Assembly: GCA_036785375.1 (NCBI GenBank)
Contig: JAWMAR010002088.1
Coordinates: forward strand, 1-64,000
Reading direction: 5' to 3'
Source: Leucoraja ocellata
Taxonomy: Eukaryota
DNA length: 64,000 bases
Made by a program: the position numbers and the translations under genes. Every line of letters begins with the position of its first letter. The first letter of the stretch is position 1. Under the pieces are notes generated by a model. That model saw only the letters and a list, made by a program, of their open reading frames with translations. It had not been told where the DNA came from and did no database searches. Shown here one piece after another: positions 34,679 to 46,336 of the stretch.

Positions 34679-37600
34679 ACACAGTTTATCACAGTCTCCT
34701 CCCACCCATCTCTATGAGCTGTGTTGCAGCTAATAGACATGCTGCCTATGAGGACCTGGACTCAGTTCTGATCTCTTACAACCTGGCATTTTTTTAAATT
34801 TTTCCTGCAAACGTGTGTTTTCTATGGTTATTCCAGTTTCCCCCAACGTCCCAAAAATGCCGGGCTGAAAGGTAAGTTGGCCAGTGTGAATTGATCATGC
34901 AGATGTATTAGAATTGCTGTAGGGGATGGGGGAAGTGTTAATGGCAGAGTGGAAAATATTAAATGGGTTAGCGTACCACAAGTATAAATAGGTGTTTGAT
35001 AGTTACCACGAACTTGGTGGGCTAAAGGGCCTTTTTATGGTCTGTACCCAGAGGCCACAAGTTTAAGATGAGGGGGGAATGATTTAATAGGAACCTGAGT
35101 CGTAGCTTTGTTACACAAAGGGTGGTGGGTGGAACTGAATTAACTGCCGGAGGAGGTAGTTCCGGCACGTACTATCGCAACATTTTAGAAACACTAGACC
35201 AAGTGCAGACCCATTGGGTCTGTTTCCCCAACGGCGTTTGCGGGGGGGGGGGGGGGGGGGGGGGGGGGGCGCATCACACTCACATTAACCACCCCCCCAA
35301 ACACACAGGTGGGGGGAGGGGGATGAGAAGAGGAGGGGGATTGGAGAGGAGGAGGAGGAAACAAAACAGATTAGGGAGGGAAAGGAGAACGGGTAGCGGG
35401 TGAGAGAGGGGGATGGGGAGAGAGATGTGGGGGAGGGAGTGATGAGGAGGGAGGGAGGGAGGGGAGAGGGGTGGGGAGAGAGAGGGGAAAGAGTGGGGAG
35501 GGAGAGTGGAGGGGGGAAGGGGGGAGAGAAGTGGAAGAGTGGAGAGGGAGGGGTAGGGGCAGTGGTAGAAGAGGGACAGAGGGGTAGGGGGCAGGGGGAG
35601 AGAGGGAAGGGTGGGGTAGAGAGGGAAGGGGGGTGGGGGAGCGAGGGATGGGGGAGGGAGTGAGGAGAGGGGGAGGAGATAAGGGGGAGAGAAGTGGAAG
35701 AGTGGAGAGGGAGGGAGGTGTAGAGGGGTAGCGGGAGTGGTGGAAGAGGGACGGGGAGTGGTGGAAGAGGGACAGAGGGGTAGGGGAAGGGGTGGGGGAG
35801 AGAGGGGTGTGGGAGGGAGAGGGGTGGCGTAAGGGCAGAGAAGTGGAAGAGTGGGGAGGGAGGGGTAGGGGAGTGGTGGAAGAGGGACAGAGGGGTAGGG
35901 CGAAGGGGGCAGGGGAGAGAGGGAAGGGGGGTGGGGAGAGCGGTGAGGAGAGAGAAACATAGAAATTGGGTGCAGGAGTAGGACATTCGGCCCTTCGAGC
36001 CTGCACCACCATTCAATATGATCATGGCTGATCATCCAACTCAGTATCCCGTACCTGCCTTCTCTCCATACCCCCTGATCCCTTTAGCCACAAGGGCCAC
36101 ATCTAACTCCCTCTTAAATATAGCCAATGAACTGGCCTCAACTACCTTCTGTGGCAGAGAATTCCAGAATTTCACTCTCGGTGTGAAAAATGTTTTTCTC
36201 ATCTCTTTCCTAAAGGATTTCCCCGTATCTTTAAACTGTGACCCCTTGTTCTGGACTTCTCCAACATCTGGAACAATCTTCCTGCATCTAGCCTGTCCAA
36301 CCCCTTAAGAATTTTGTAAGTTTCTATTAGATACCCCGTCAATCTTCTAAAATCTAGCGAGTACATGCCGAGTCTATCCAGTCTTTCTTCATATGAAAGT
36401 CCTGACATCCCAGGAATCAGTCTGGTGAACCTTCTCTGTACTCCCTCTATGGTAACAATGTATTTGAGCATTGGGCATTGTGACATCACACGATGGAACG
36501 TTCACCAGGGGCTGGGGCTGGGGCTGATTCTATGGGTGAGAAGCCAGTTTTTTTTTAAAATATTGGGGGGGGGGAGAAGGATTTGATTAAAAATGTGTAC
36601 ATAAACATGACGAAATGTAATCAGGAGCGGATACTTTGAAAGAAAAGTGAAATCTCTACCGAAATGGAAAATATCTCGGCGATTCTGCGTCTGGATTCGG
36701 CGTGGCAAGGAATCAAAGGAAGAAAGGCAGTCGACAGCCGTACATGTAAATGGATCTATTCCAATTGGACATCTGCGAGCATTGGGCATTGTGACATCAT
36801 ACGATGGAACAAATCAAAAGGCAGAAAGGCAGGCGGACGGACGGACGGACGGGGGCAGCCACAGAGTTTTAATCTATAACTAGACCAAGTGCAGACCCCT
36901 TGGGTCTGTTTCCCCAACGGCGTTTGCGGGGGGGGGGGGGGGGCTGCGGCATCACACTCACATTAACGACCCCCCAAACACACAGGTGGAGGGAGGGGGG
37001 TGAAAAGAGAGGAGGGAGGGGAGAGGAGGGGGATGGAACGGGACAGATTTGGGAGGAAAGGAGAGCGGGGTAGCGGTTGAGAGAGGGGATGAGGAGAGAG
37101 ATATGGGGGAGGGGAGGGAGGGGAGGAGGGAGGGAGGGGGAGAGGGGTGGGGGAAGAGAGGGGAAAGAGTGGGGAGGGAGACTGGAAGGGGAATAGGGAG
37201 AGAAGTGGGGGGAGTGAGGGGTAGGGGGAGTGGTGGAAGAGGGACAGAGGGGTAGGGGAAGGGGGCGGGGGGAGAGGGAAGGGGGTGCGGTAGAGAGTGA
37301 ATAGGGTGGGGGAGAGAGGGATGGGTGGGAGAGGGAGAGGGGTGAGGAGAGGGAAACAGAAACATAAGAAACTATAAGATCACCCCTCAATCTTCTAAAT
37401 TCTAGCGAGTACAAGCCGAGTCTATCCAATCTTTCTTCATACTCTCTGCCACAGAGGGTAGTTGAGGCCAGTTCATTGGCTATATTTAGGAGGGAGTTAG
37501 ATGTGGGCCTTGTGGCCAAGGGGATCAGAGGGTATGGAGAGAAGGCAGGTACGGGATACTGAGTTGGATGATCAGCCATGATCATATTAAATGGCGGTGC

Positions 37601-38771
37601 AGGCTCGAAGGGCCGAATGGCCTACTCCTGCACCTAATTTCTATGTTTCTATGTTTCTATATGAAAGTCCTGACATCCCAGGAATCAGTCTGGTGAACCT
37701 TCTCTGTACTCACTCTATGGCAAGAATGTCTTTGGGCATTTGGCTTTGTGACATCACACGATGTAACGTGGGGTGAGAGAGGGGAATGGGGAGAGAGATG
37801 TGTGGGAGGGGAGGGATTGGGAGGGAGGGGAGGAGCGAGGGAGGGGGAGAGGGGTGGGGGGAGATAGGGGAAAGAGTGGGGAGGGAGAGTGGAGGGGGAA
37901 GGGGGAGAGAAGTGGAAGAGTGAGGAGGGAGGGGTAGAGGAAGCGAGTGGGGGAGAGGGAAGGGGGGGGGGGTGGGGGAGAGAGACATGGGTGGGAGAGG
38001 GAGAGGGGTGAGGAGAGGGAAACATAGAAACATAAGATTCTATAAGTGTGAATATAAATTCTATATGAGTCAGTCTGGTTAACCTTCTCTGTACTCCCTC
38101 TATGGCAACAATGTCTTTGGGCATTGGGCATTGTGACATCACATGATGGAACGTTCACCAGGGGCTGGGGCTGGTACAAAGGCATATGTAAATGGATCCA
38201 TCCCGATTGGACATCTGCGAGCATTGGGCATTGTGACATCACACGATGGAAACGAATCAAAAGGCAGAAAGGCAGCCGGACAAACGGACGGCGGCAGCCA
38301 CAGAGTTTTAATATATAACTAGACCAAGTGCAGACCCATTGGGTCTGTTCCCCCCAGTTGTGGGGGGTGGGGGGGAGGTGGCATGCAGCATCACACACAC
38401 TAACAACCCCTCCCCCCCGCCCTCATGCTAATTACCCCCCTTGATATTATATTAATATTATTAATTTGCTCCTTTTATCCCATAACCACCCTATCTACTG
38501 ACGCATAGCCCCAACTTGCAGTCACATCTAGAGAGGGGGGGAGGGGGAGGGAGGGGTAGAGAGTGAGGGCAGAGAGAGAAGGGGCAGAGACACAGAGAGA
38601 GGGGCAAGAGGGAGAGGGGTGGCGAGGAGGAGAAGAGGGAGGGTGGGTGAGAGGGGAAAGGTGGGGGTGGAGGGGAGGAGAGAGAGAGGGTGAGAGTGAG
38701 GGGAAGAGAGGGGGGAGGAGAGGGGGGGAGGGGAGGGGGGGAGGAGAGGGGGGGAGGAGAGGGGGAGAGGA

Positions 38772-39985
38772 GAAACATAGAAACATAGAAAGTAGGAGCG
38801 AGAGTAGACCACCAGGCCGTCGAGCCCGCACCGCCATTCGCTCATGGCTGAACACTAAACAGACACACTTACCCACAAACAGTAGACACAAGACACAGAA
38901 CACAAGACACTACCCTCCCCTTTATACCGCTATCACCCCTCTCCACCCCAAGAACCTCGTGATCTCCTGGGGGAGGCAAAAATACGGATAAAAACCCAGG
39001 TCCAATTCGGGAAAAAAATCCGGGAAATTCCTCTCCGACCCCAATCCAGGCGATCGACACTTGTCCAGGAGATCACTCAGGTCTTACTATACTAACCATA
39101 CCTAGGTCCATATCCCTGCCCTCTCCCCGTAGCCCCTTATCCCCTTGGCAGCTAAAAAACCATCTATTTTAGTCTTAAATATATTTAAAGTTTCTGCTTC
39201 CACTGCTCCCTGGGGCAGTGAATTCCATAAATTAACCACCCTCTGGGTGAAGAAGTTCTTCCTCATCTCAGTTTTAAAAGAGCCCCCCTTATTCTGCAAC
39301 TATGTCCCCTAGTTCTAGTTTCCCCGATCATTGGGAACATCCTCGGTGCATCCACCCGATCAAGGCCCCTCACGATCTTATATGTTTCAATGAGATCGCC
39401 TCTCATTCTTCTAAACTCCAAAGAGTAGAGTTCCAGCCTACTTAACCTTTCCTCATATGTCAATCCCCTCATTGCAGGATTAATCTTGTAAACCTTCGCT
39501 GCACTGCCTCCAGGGCTAGTACATCCTTTCTTAAGTATGGACCCCAGAACTGTACACAGTATTCCAAATGTGGTCTCACTAATACTGTGTACAGCTGCAG
39601 CAAGACCTCCGTGTTTTTATACTCAATCCCCCTAGCAATAAAGGCCAAAACTCCATTGGCCTTCCTGATTGCTTGCTGCACCTGCATACTAACTTTCAGT
39701 GATTCATGTACTAATACCCCTAGATCCCTTTGCGTTGCATTACAACGCAGCTCCTCCTCATTTAGAAAATAACTTGCCCTATCATTTTTTTCCCAAAGTG
39801 AATGACTTCACATTTATTAGTATTAAATTTCATCTGCCAAGTTGTTGCCCACTCACCTAGCTTATCTATATCCTTTTGCAGACTCTTCCTATCCTCCTCA
39901 TCCCCTACTTTTCCTCCCATTTTTGTATCGTCCGCAAATTTTGATATATTACACTTGGTTCCCTCCTCCAAATCATTTATATAAA
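38772..39985 (-). mobile_element. CR1 family C fragment (distinct 3' UTR) inside a Helitron unit
   Basis: ORFs 39762-39971 (KFADDTK), 39469-39687, 39263-39472 and 39102-39299; gaaacata tail. Confidence 0.88.
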
Positions 39986-40067
39986 ATGGGGGGAGAGGAG
40001 AGGGGGGAGGAGAGGGGTAGAGGAGAGGAGGGGGGGAGGGGAGGGGGGGACGAGAGATGGGGACGAG

Positions 40068-40215
40068 AGGGATTGGATGAGAGGGGGGGACGAGAGGGGG
40101 GACGAGAGGGGGGGCGAGAGGGGGGGCGAGAGGGGGGCGAGAGGGGGGGCGAGAGGGGGGCGAGAGGGGGGGCGAGAGGGGGGGCGAGAGGGGGGGCGAG
40201 AGGGGGGCGAGAGGG
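40068..40215. repeat. (GAGAGGGGGGC)n ~11-bp tandem repeat
   Basis: Direct observation, about 12 units. Confidence 0.85.
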
Positions 40216-41028
40216 GGGAGAGGAGAGGGGGGAGAGGAGAGGGGGGGAGGTGGAGAGGGGGGGGAGGTGGAGAGAGGGGGGGAGAGGAGAGGGGGGGGGG
40301 GGGGGGGGAGAGGAGAGGGGGGGGAGAGAGAGAGTGCCTTTTTATTTCAACCCAAACCCCCAAACAACCATTTGGAGGCAGTGCTTTTTGACTTTAACCA
40401 TATTTTCATTTTCAAACCACATTAATGGTACTTACTCACAGTTGTGTGCACATTTGTTCAGTTTATTCACAGCTCAGAGAAACGTGACCCGCTGCCTTCC
40501 TCCAGCTTGCAGACTAATTGATGCACACCACTTCCCGGTTTTATACGGCCGTAGGTGGCGGTGTTCTCTCGGAAATCGCAACACAGATGGCCAAAACTGG
40601 TCAAGAACAGACTAACAGACTTTTAGTAATATAGACTAGACCAAGTGCAGACCCGTTGGGTCTGTTTCCCCAACGGCGTTTGCGGGAGGGGGGGGGCGGG
40701 TGGCTGTGGCATCACACTCACATTAACCACCCCCCAAACACACAGGTGGGGGAGGGTGGGTGGGAAGAGGGGAGGGAGGGGAGAGGAGGAGGAGGAAACA
40801 GAACAGATTTGGGAGGGAAAGGAGAGCAGTATAGGTGTTGAGAGAGGGGGATGGGGAGGGAGGGGGAGAGGGGTGGGGGAAAGAGGGGAAAGAGTGGGGA
40901 GGGAGAGTGGAGGGGGAAGGGGGGAGAGAAGTGGTACTGATGAAATACAGGCACTGTAGATGGGGCATGTTGGCCGGTGTGGCAGTTTGAGCCGTAGGCC
41001 CTGAGTCCATGCTGTATGACTCTACGAC

Positions 41029-41093
<65 letters not shown>

Positions 41094-41980
41094 AAAACTC
41101 TCATCTTGACCGCTTCCTGTCTGCATTGCAACTAAATTTGCGCAAAACGACCCCCCAGAGGGCAATGATTTTTTGCACCTTACTAATCATTCTCCAATGC
41201 TACAAGTCAAATAGGTTTTGTTTCGATTGGTGAAATAGTACAAAAGTTATGGTATTCAATGATCCCCCTCCCCCACAACCCCCCCCTCCACCACAGCCTC
41301 CCTTCTCGCACACGACCCCTCCCCAAACCCCCACCCCCATTTCTCCACATCACCCTTCCCCCACCCCCACCTACCTCCCCACATCTCCCTCCCCCCACAC
41401 ACCCCCTCCCTCACATCGCCTCGTTCACACACCCCCACACCCCGCCTCCCCCACCCCCTCCCCACACCTCCCTCCGCAACTGTCCCCCAATACTCCCCAA
41501 CCCCACCCCCTCCCCCACACAACCCCCAACTCCACCCTACCCCCGTCCCCCACACACCCCCTCCCCAAACTCCCCCACACCGCCCTCCCCCACACCCCAT
41601 CCCCTCACACCCCTCCTCCACTCCACCCTCCTTCCCCCTCCCCACACCCCCCTCTCACACACCCCCTCCCCCACACCACCCTCTCACAACGCCTCTCCCC
41701 CACACCCCTCCACTTCCGCACATCCTCTCCCCCACATCCCCTCCCCAACCCCTCCCTCAACTCCCTCCCCATCCCCATCCCATTAAACCCCCCCTCCCCC
41801 ACACCACCCTCTCACAATGCCCCTCCCCCACACCCCCTCCACTTCCCCACATCCTCTCCCCCACATCCCCTCCCCCAACCCCTCCCTCACCTCCCTTTCC
41901 CACCCCCAACCCCCTCCCCTACACCCCCCTCCACCCACCCCTGCCACAAACACCCTCTCTCTCACACCCCCACCTCTTAA
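41029..41980 (+). mobile_element. (TCTG)n followed by a Helitron 5' end on + and a C-rich tract
   Basis: TCTATAAAACTC...TCTTGACCGCTT at 41089, resembling the 5' ends at 21775 and 40635; no 3' CTAG seen. Confidence 0.6.
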
Positions 41981-42139
41981 TATAATTAAATATTCTTTGA
42001 ATTTTGGAATATTGTAACTATCGACATGATAGACAATAATAGATCTTTGAAGATGGGAAGCATCCAATCGGATAATTCAATACCTCGACCACACTTGGTG
42101 GAGTAGGTATCAGAGCCCATCTTGCCAACTCTTGAAGAT

Positions 42140-42418
42140 GGCTCAGTGGTGCAGCGGTAGACTTGCTCCCTTATCTCGATTACAGCACCGTAGACCCAGG
42201 TTGGATCGCGACTGTACGGAGTTTGTACATTCTCCACATGATTCTTCCCACATTCCAAAGACATAGAGGTTTGTAGGTTAATTGGATTGGTGTAGAATGT
42301 AAATTGTCCCTTGTGTGTGTAGGATGGTGTTAGAGTGTGGGGGTTGCTGGCCAGTGTGGACTCAGTGGGCCGAAGGGCATGTTTTCATGCTGCATCTCTA
42401 GCTGAAACCTAAACTAAA
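42140..42418 (+). mobile_element. HE1-like SINE
   Basis: ggctcagtggtgcagcggtaga head and gggccgaagggc...ctaaactaaa tail. Confidence 0.8.
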
Positions 42419-42610
42419 GGCTCCTGACCCAAATTGTTACCTGATCATTGATGCTGCCTGCCCCACTGAGCTCCTCCAGCACTTGGATCTGCAGATCCTT
42501 GTAACACCCTTATTCAAATTTCTTGTACTGTTATCAGTTTTAGCATTAATAGCTTTGAGTTCTTTACAGTGAATGATACAATCATACTCATTTTTGTTTA
42601 TGCATTGCAG

Positions 42611-42871
42611 ATTTTCACCAACTTGCATTTTACTACCTGTTGAACCATGGATTGAGTGAGCTGCCTGAGTACAGTATGGTAGCAATGTTGGATGACCTCC
42701 AGATAGCATATTTTGACAGCACATTAGAGCGGGCTGTTCCCAGACAGCGATGGATGGCCCAGTCTTTCCCGCAGGATCACTGGGATTCAATGGCCATCAC
42801 AGTTGCAGGTTTTCATGGGATTGTCAAAGGAAATGCTGAGATCGTTTACCAACAGCAACATGGTATATTGA
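42611..42871 (+). CDS. MHC class I-like exon 2 (alpha1 domain)
   Basis: ttgcAG acceptor, A|GTAAGT donor, 261 nt; (D)FHQLAFYY...LPEYSMVAMLDDLQIAYFDS...AVPRQRWM...DHWD. Confidence 0.92.
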
Positions 42872-42989
42872 GTAAGTGTCGTGACCGGACCTGGGGTGGA
42901 GACCCAGTGATGCCACAGATGGATTTTGTTTTAGTTTTGTTGCTGTCACATGTACTGGAGTAATCTGACACACTTGTTTTGCACGTTAG

Positions 42990-44200
42990 TCAATCACACC
43001 AAATAATATTATTCACAAATACAATCAAACCAAACTCAAGTACAATAGGTAGAGCAAAGAGTGCAGAATATAGTTCTCAGCATTGTAATGTGCCAGTGCC
43101 AGAGACAAAGTCCAGTGTCTACAACAAGGTTGAGGTGACCCCTAGCATAAGGGAGGACTGTTCAGAAACCTGATAACATTAGGGAGGAACCAGCTACTGA
43201 GTCTAGTGGGGCACGTTTTCAAGCTTGCGTACCTTCTGCTGGATGGAAATGTTAAAATTGTACAAAGCATTGGTGAGACCAAATCTGGAGTATCGTGTAC
43301 AATTTTGGTCGCCCAATTATAGGAAGGATGTCAACAAAATAGAGAGAGTACAGAGGAGATTTACTAGAATGTTGCCTGGGTTTCAACAACTAAGTTACAG
43401 AGATAGGTTGAATAAGTTAGGTCTTTATTCTCTGGAGCGCAGAAGGTTAAGGGGGGACTTGATAGAGGTCTTTTAAATGATGAGAGGGATAGACAGAGTT
43501 GATGTGGACAAGCTTTTCCCTTTTAGAATAGGGAAGATTCAAACAAGAGGTCATGACTTCAGAATTAAGGGACAGACGTTTAGGGTAATATGAGGGGGAA
43601 CTTCTTTACTCAGAGAGTGGTAGCTGTGTGGAATGAGCTTCCAGTGGAAGTGGTGGAGGCAGGTTCGTTGGTATCATTTAAAAATAAATTGGATAGGCAT
43701 ATGGATGAGAAGGGAATGGAGGGTTATGGCATGAGTGCAGGCAGGTGGGACTAAGGGAAAAAGGTTGTTCGGCACGGACTTGTAGGGCCGAGATGGCCTG
43801 TTTCCGTGCTGTAATTGTTATATGGTTATATGGTTATATGGAAGAAGAAGGAATGACCAGAGCGGGATGAATCTTTGATTATGTTGTCTGCTTTCCTGAG
43901 CCAGTTGAAATACAGATGGTCTCAATGGTGGGGAATTGTGTTTGTGTGATCGACTGTGCTACATCTCCACATCTCGGCAATTTCCAGCGGTCTTGGGCAG
44001 AACTCTTTCCAAACTAAGTTGTGATGAATCCTGCCAGTATGCTTCTATGGAACATTCGTAGAAGTTTGTAAGTGTCATTGGAGATGCCGCATTTCCGTAG
44101 TGTCCTGAGGCAGTAGGGGAACCAGAAGCTCTCAAACCTTTTCACTTCAGCACCATTGATGCTGTTTCGGGCATTTACTCCATCACATTTTGATAGAGAC
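42990..44200 (-). mobile_element. Degenerate Rex1/Babar-like LINE 3' region interrupted by CR1-A
   Basis: Minus strand ccatagaagcatactggcaggattcatcacaac resembles the IESILxGCITxW motif. Confidence 0.5.
43249..43840 (+). mobile_element. CR1 family A 3' fragment
   Basis: ORF 43225-43476; ttatatggttatatggttatatgg tail. Confidence 0.93.
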
Positions 44201-44378
44201 ACGGCCCATCTTTTATATTAAATGTGTCCTTACCGCTGAACACCCATTGATAACAGTTGGCTGGTGATAATATATTTATGGGTTATGCATTTGATATTCA
44301 ACACCAGTAATAAGTGGATGGAATGGATCATCTGTTTAATTGGGCTAGAATGAGGGAGAAAACATTAGTTTATTTATA

Positions 44379-44475
44379 TTCTGAAGAAGGGTTTTGACCT
44401 GAAACGTTGCCTATTTCCTTCGCTCCATAGATGCTGCTGCACCCGCTGAGTTTCTCCAGCACTTTTGTGTACCTT
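44379..44475 (+). mobile_element. Penelope-like repeat with intact hammerhead core motifs
   Basis: CTGAAGA-A-GGGT-TTTG-ACCT-GAAA-CGTT at 44381-44408. Confidence 0.55.
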
Positions 44476-44741
44476 AGTTTATTTATAGCCTGATCACCTA
44501 GAGATGGGACCTTGATTTAAGCTGGTTGATGGTGATTATGATGTATTCCTTCAGTAATAATATTCTGTTAATGCAGCATTCCCTCAATATTGGCAACAAT
44601 CCTCAGAGGGTGTAGCAATCCCACATGGTGCAACAGCCTTGATGTACTTCCCATCTGCATTGCCTTAACCTTCAGACTTACCTGTTGGCTCTGAAGCATT
44701 ACCCATCTGACAATGCACTTCTTCCTTTGTTCTTTATGTAT

Positions 44742-44833
44742 GAAATCTGAGTTCTATCCTTCTTACAGAGCAGAACACCTTTAGTGCAGAAATCTGAGTT
44801 CTATCCTTCTTACACAGCAGAACACCTTTAGTG
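44742..44833. repeat. Direct tandem duplication, 47-bp period
   Basis: gaaatctgagttctatccttcttaca(g/c)agcagaacacctttagtg twice. Confidence 0.9.
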
Positions 44834-45376
44834 TTACATCCACAACAGCAAAGCTTCTCCCCTCAACACTTGAGGTTAGTCTATGCCCTCAGTATATAGA
44901 CCATGGGTCATAGAGTCATTGTCACACATCATGGAAAACGGCCCTTCTGCTCACTGAATCCACACTGATCATCAATTGTGCTAAGATGGAGTCATAGCCA
45001 ACTGCAGATGCTGCCAATCTGAATTAAAAACAAACAGGAGGAACTCAACGAGTCAGTCAGCATTCTGTGGAAAAATGGACAGAAAACATATTAGACCAGG
45101 ACCATTTAGAGTGATGTAGGTTGGAGAAAGCTGGAAAGAAAGTAGTCTGTGTAGGATAGTGTTAATATGCGGGGACCACTGGTCGGTACGGACTCGGCGG
45201 GCTAAAGGGCCTCTTTCCGCGCTGTATCTCTAAACTAAACCTGCTCCTGTGCTGTACAGCTCTATGTTGTGTTCTGTTATGCCTGTTTGTACCATGCTGA
45301 GAACTGATTTGTAAATTGCCTCTCCCCTCCATCCCCACTCCCCAACCCAAATCCTCCACCCCTACCTCAGCCCCAG

Positions 45377-45652
45377 CTATTTTCTTTGTGCAGGGTTTCT
45401 GCGGCTGTGAAGTGGACAGTGACAATTCCACTGATGGGTTTGTCAGACTAGGTTATGACGGGGAGGATGCCTGTGCTTTCGACAAGGACAGAATGCGCTG
45501 GATTGCACTACGTCCAGATTTCCAGGTGCTAGCAGATCGGTGGAATATCAACACCTTCATGAACAAATATTTCAAAGATCTCCTGGAGAAGGACTGTGTG
45601 AAGTGGCTGCTGATATATGTGGAGTGTGGACAAGAAGCACTACAGAGGAGAG
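45377..45652 (+). CDS. MHC class I-like exon 3 (alpha2 domain)
   Basis: cccAG acceptor, G|GT donor, 276 nt; VQGFCGCE, GYDGED, DCVKWL carrying the C101/C164 pair. Confidence 0.94.
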
Positions 45653-45755
45653 GTACACGACCTAGGCACTCTGACTGGTGGGACCGGGGATATCCTCTAG
45701 ATAGATAAGGTGGGAAATATCATGCACTTCAGGCTGACACTTGAGCAATTATTTT

Positions 45756-46055
45756 GTTTAGTTCAGAGATGCAGTTAGGAAACAGGCCCTTTGGCCCACC
45801 GAGACCGCACCAGCCAGTGATGCCCACTCACTAACACTATCCTACACACACGAGGGACAATTTGCATTATACCAACCCAATTAACCTACAAATTTGTACG
45901 TCTTTCGAGTGTGAGGGGATACCGAAGATCTCGGATAAAACCCATGCAGTTCACAGGGAGAACGTACACACTCTGTGAAGACAAGCACCCGTAGAAAGTT
46001 TCAAACCCAGGTTTCTGGTGCTGTTAGGCAGTGGCTCAACCGCTTCGCCACCCTG
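45756..46055 (-). mobile_element. HE1-like SINE
   Basis: Reverse-complement SINE with gtttagtt tail. Confidence 0.8.
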
Positions 46056-46336
46056 TTCTTGGGCGAGGGTATCAGTAAATTGTCTGGCAACGTGTCTCTT
46101 AGATGGATCCAGTGGGTAGGAAGTGCAAGTGAAACATTAACATTGCACAAGTGTCCACTATTCACACATATAGATATTCAATAAATGGAGGGATATGTAT
46201 CTTGATCTTATGTTCAACACCGACCTTCTGGCCTGAAGGGTCTGTCGCTGAACTGATCAGAAACCCAAACAGATTCTCTATTTGCCTCTATTACTCCTTA
46301 GGTTGGTAACATTCAATTTCCAACAGTTCTCTGGTT

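Larger units (their letters stand above)
35194..40933 (-). mobile_element. Second Helitron array (four hairpin-CTAG ends; outer 5' end deleted) in MHC intron 1
   Basis: CTAG at 35194, 36880, 38319 and 40636; splits an old CR1 3' end (35050-35193 and ~40955-41030). Confidence 0.83.
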
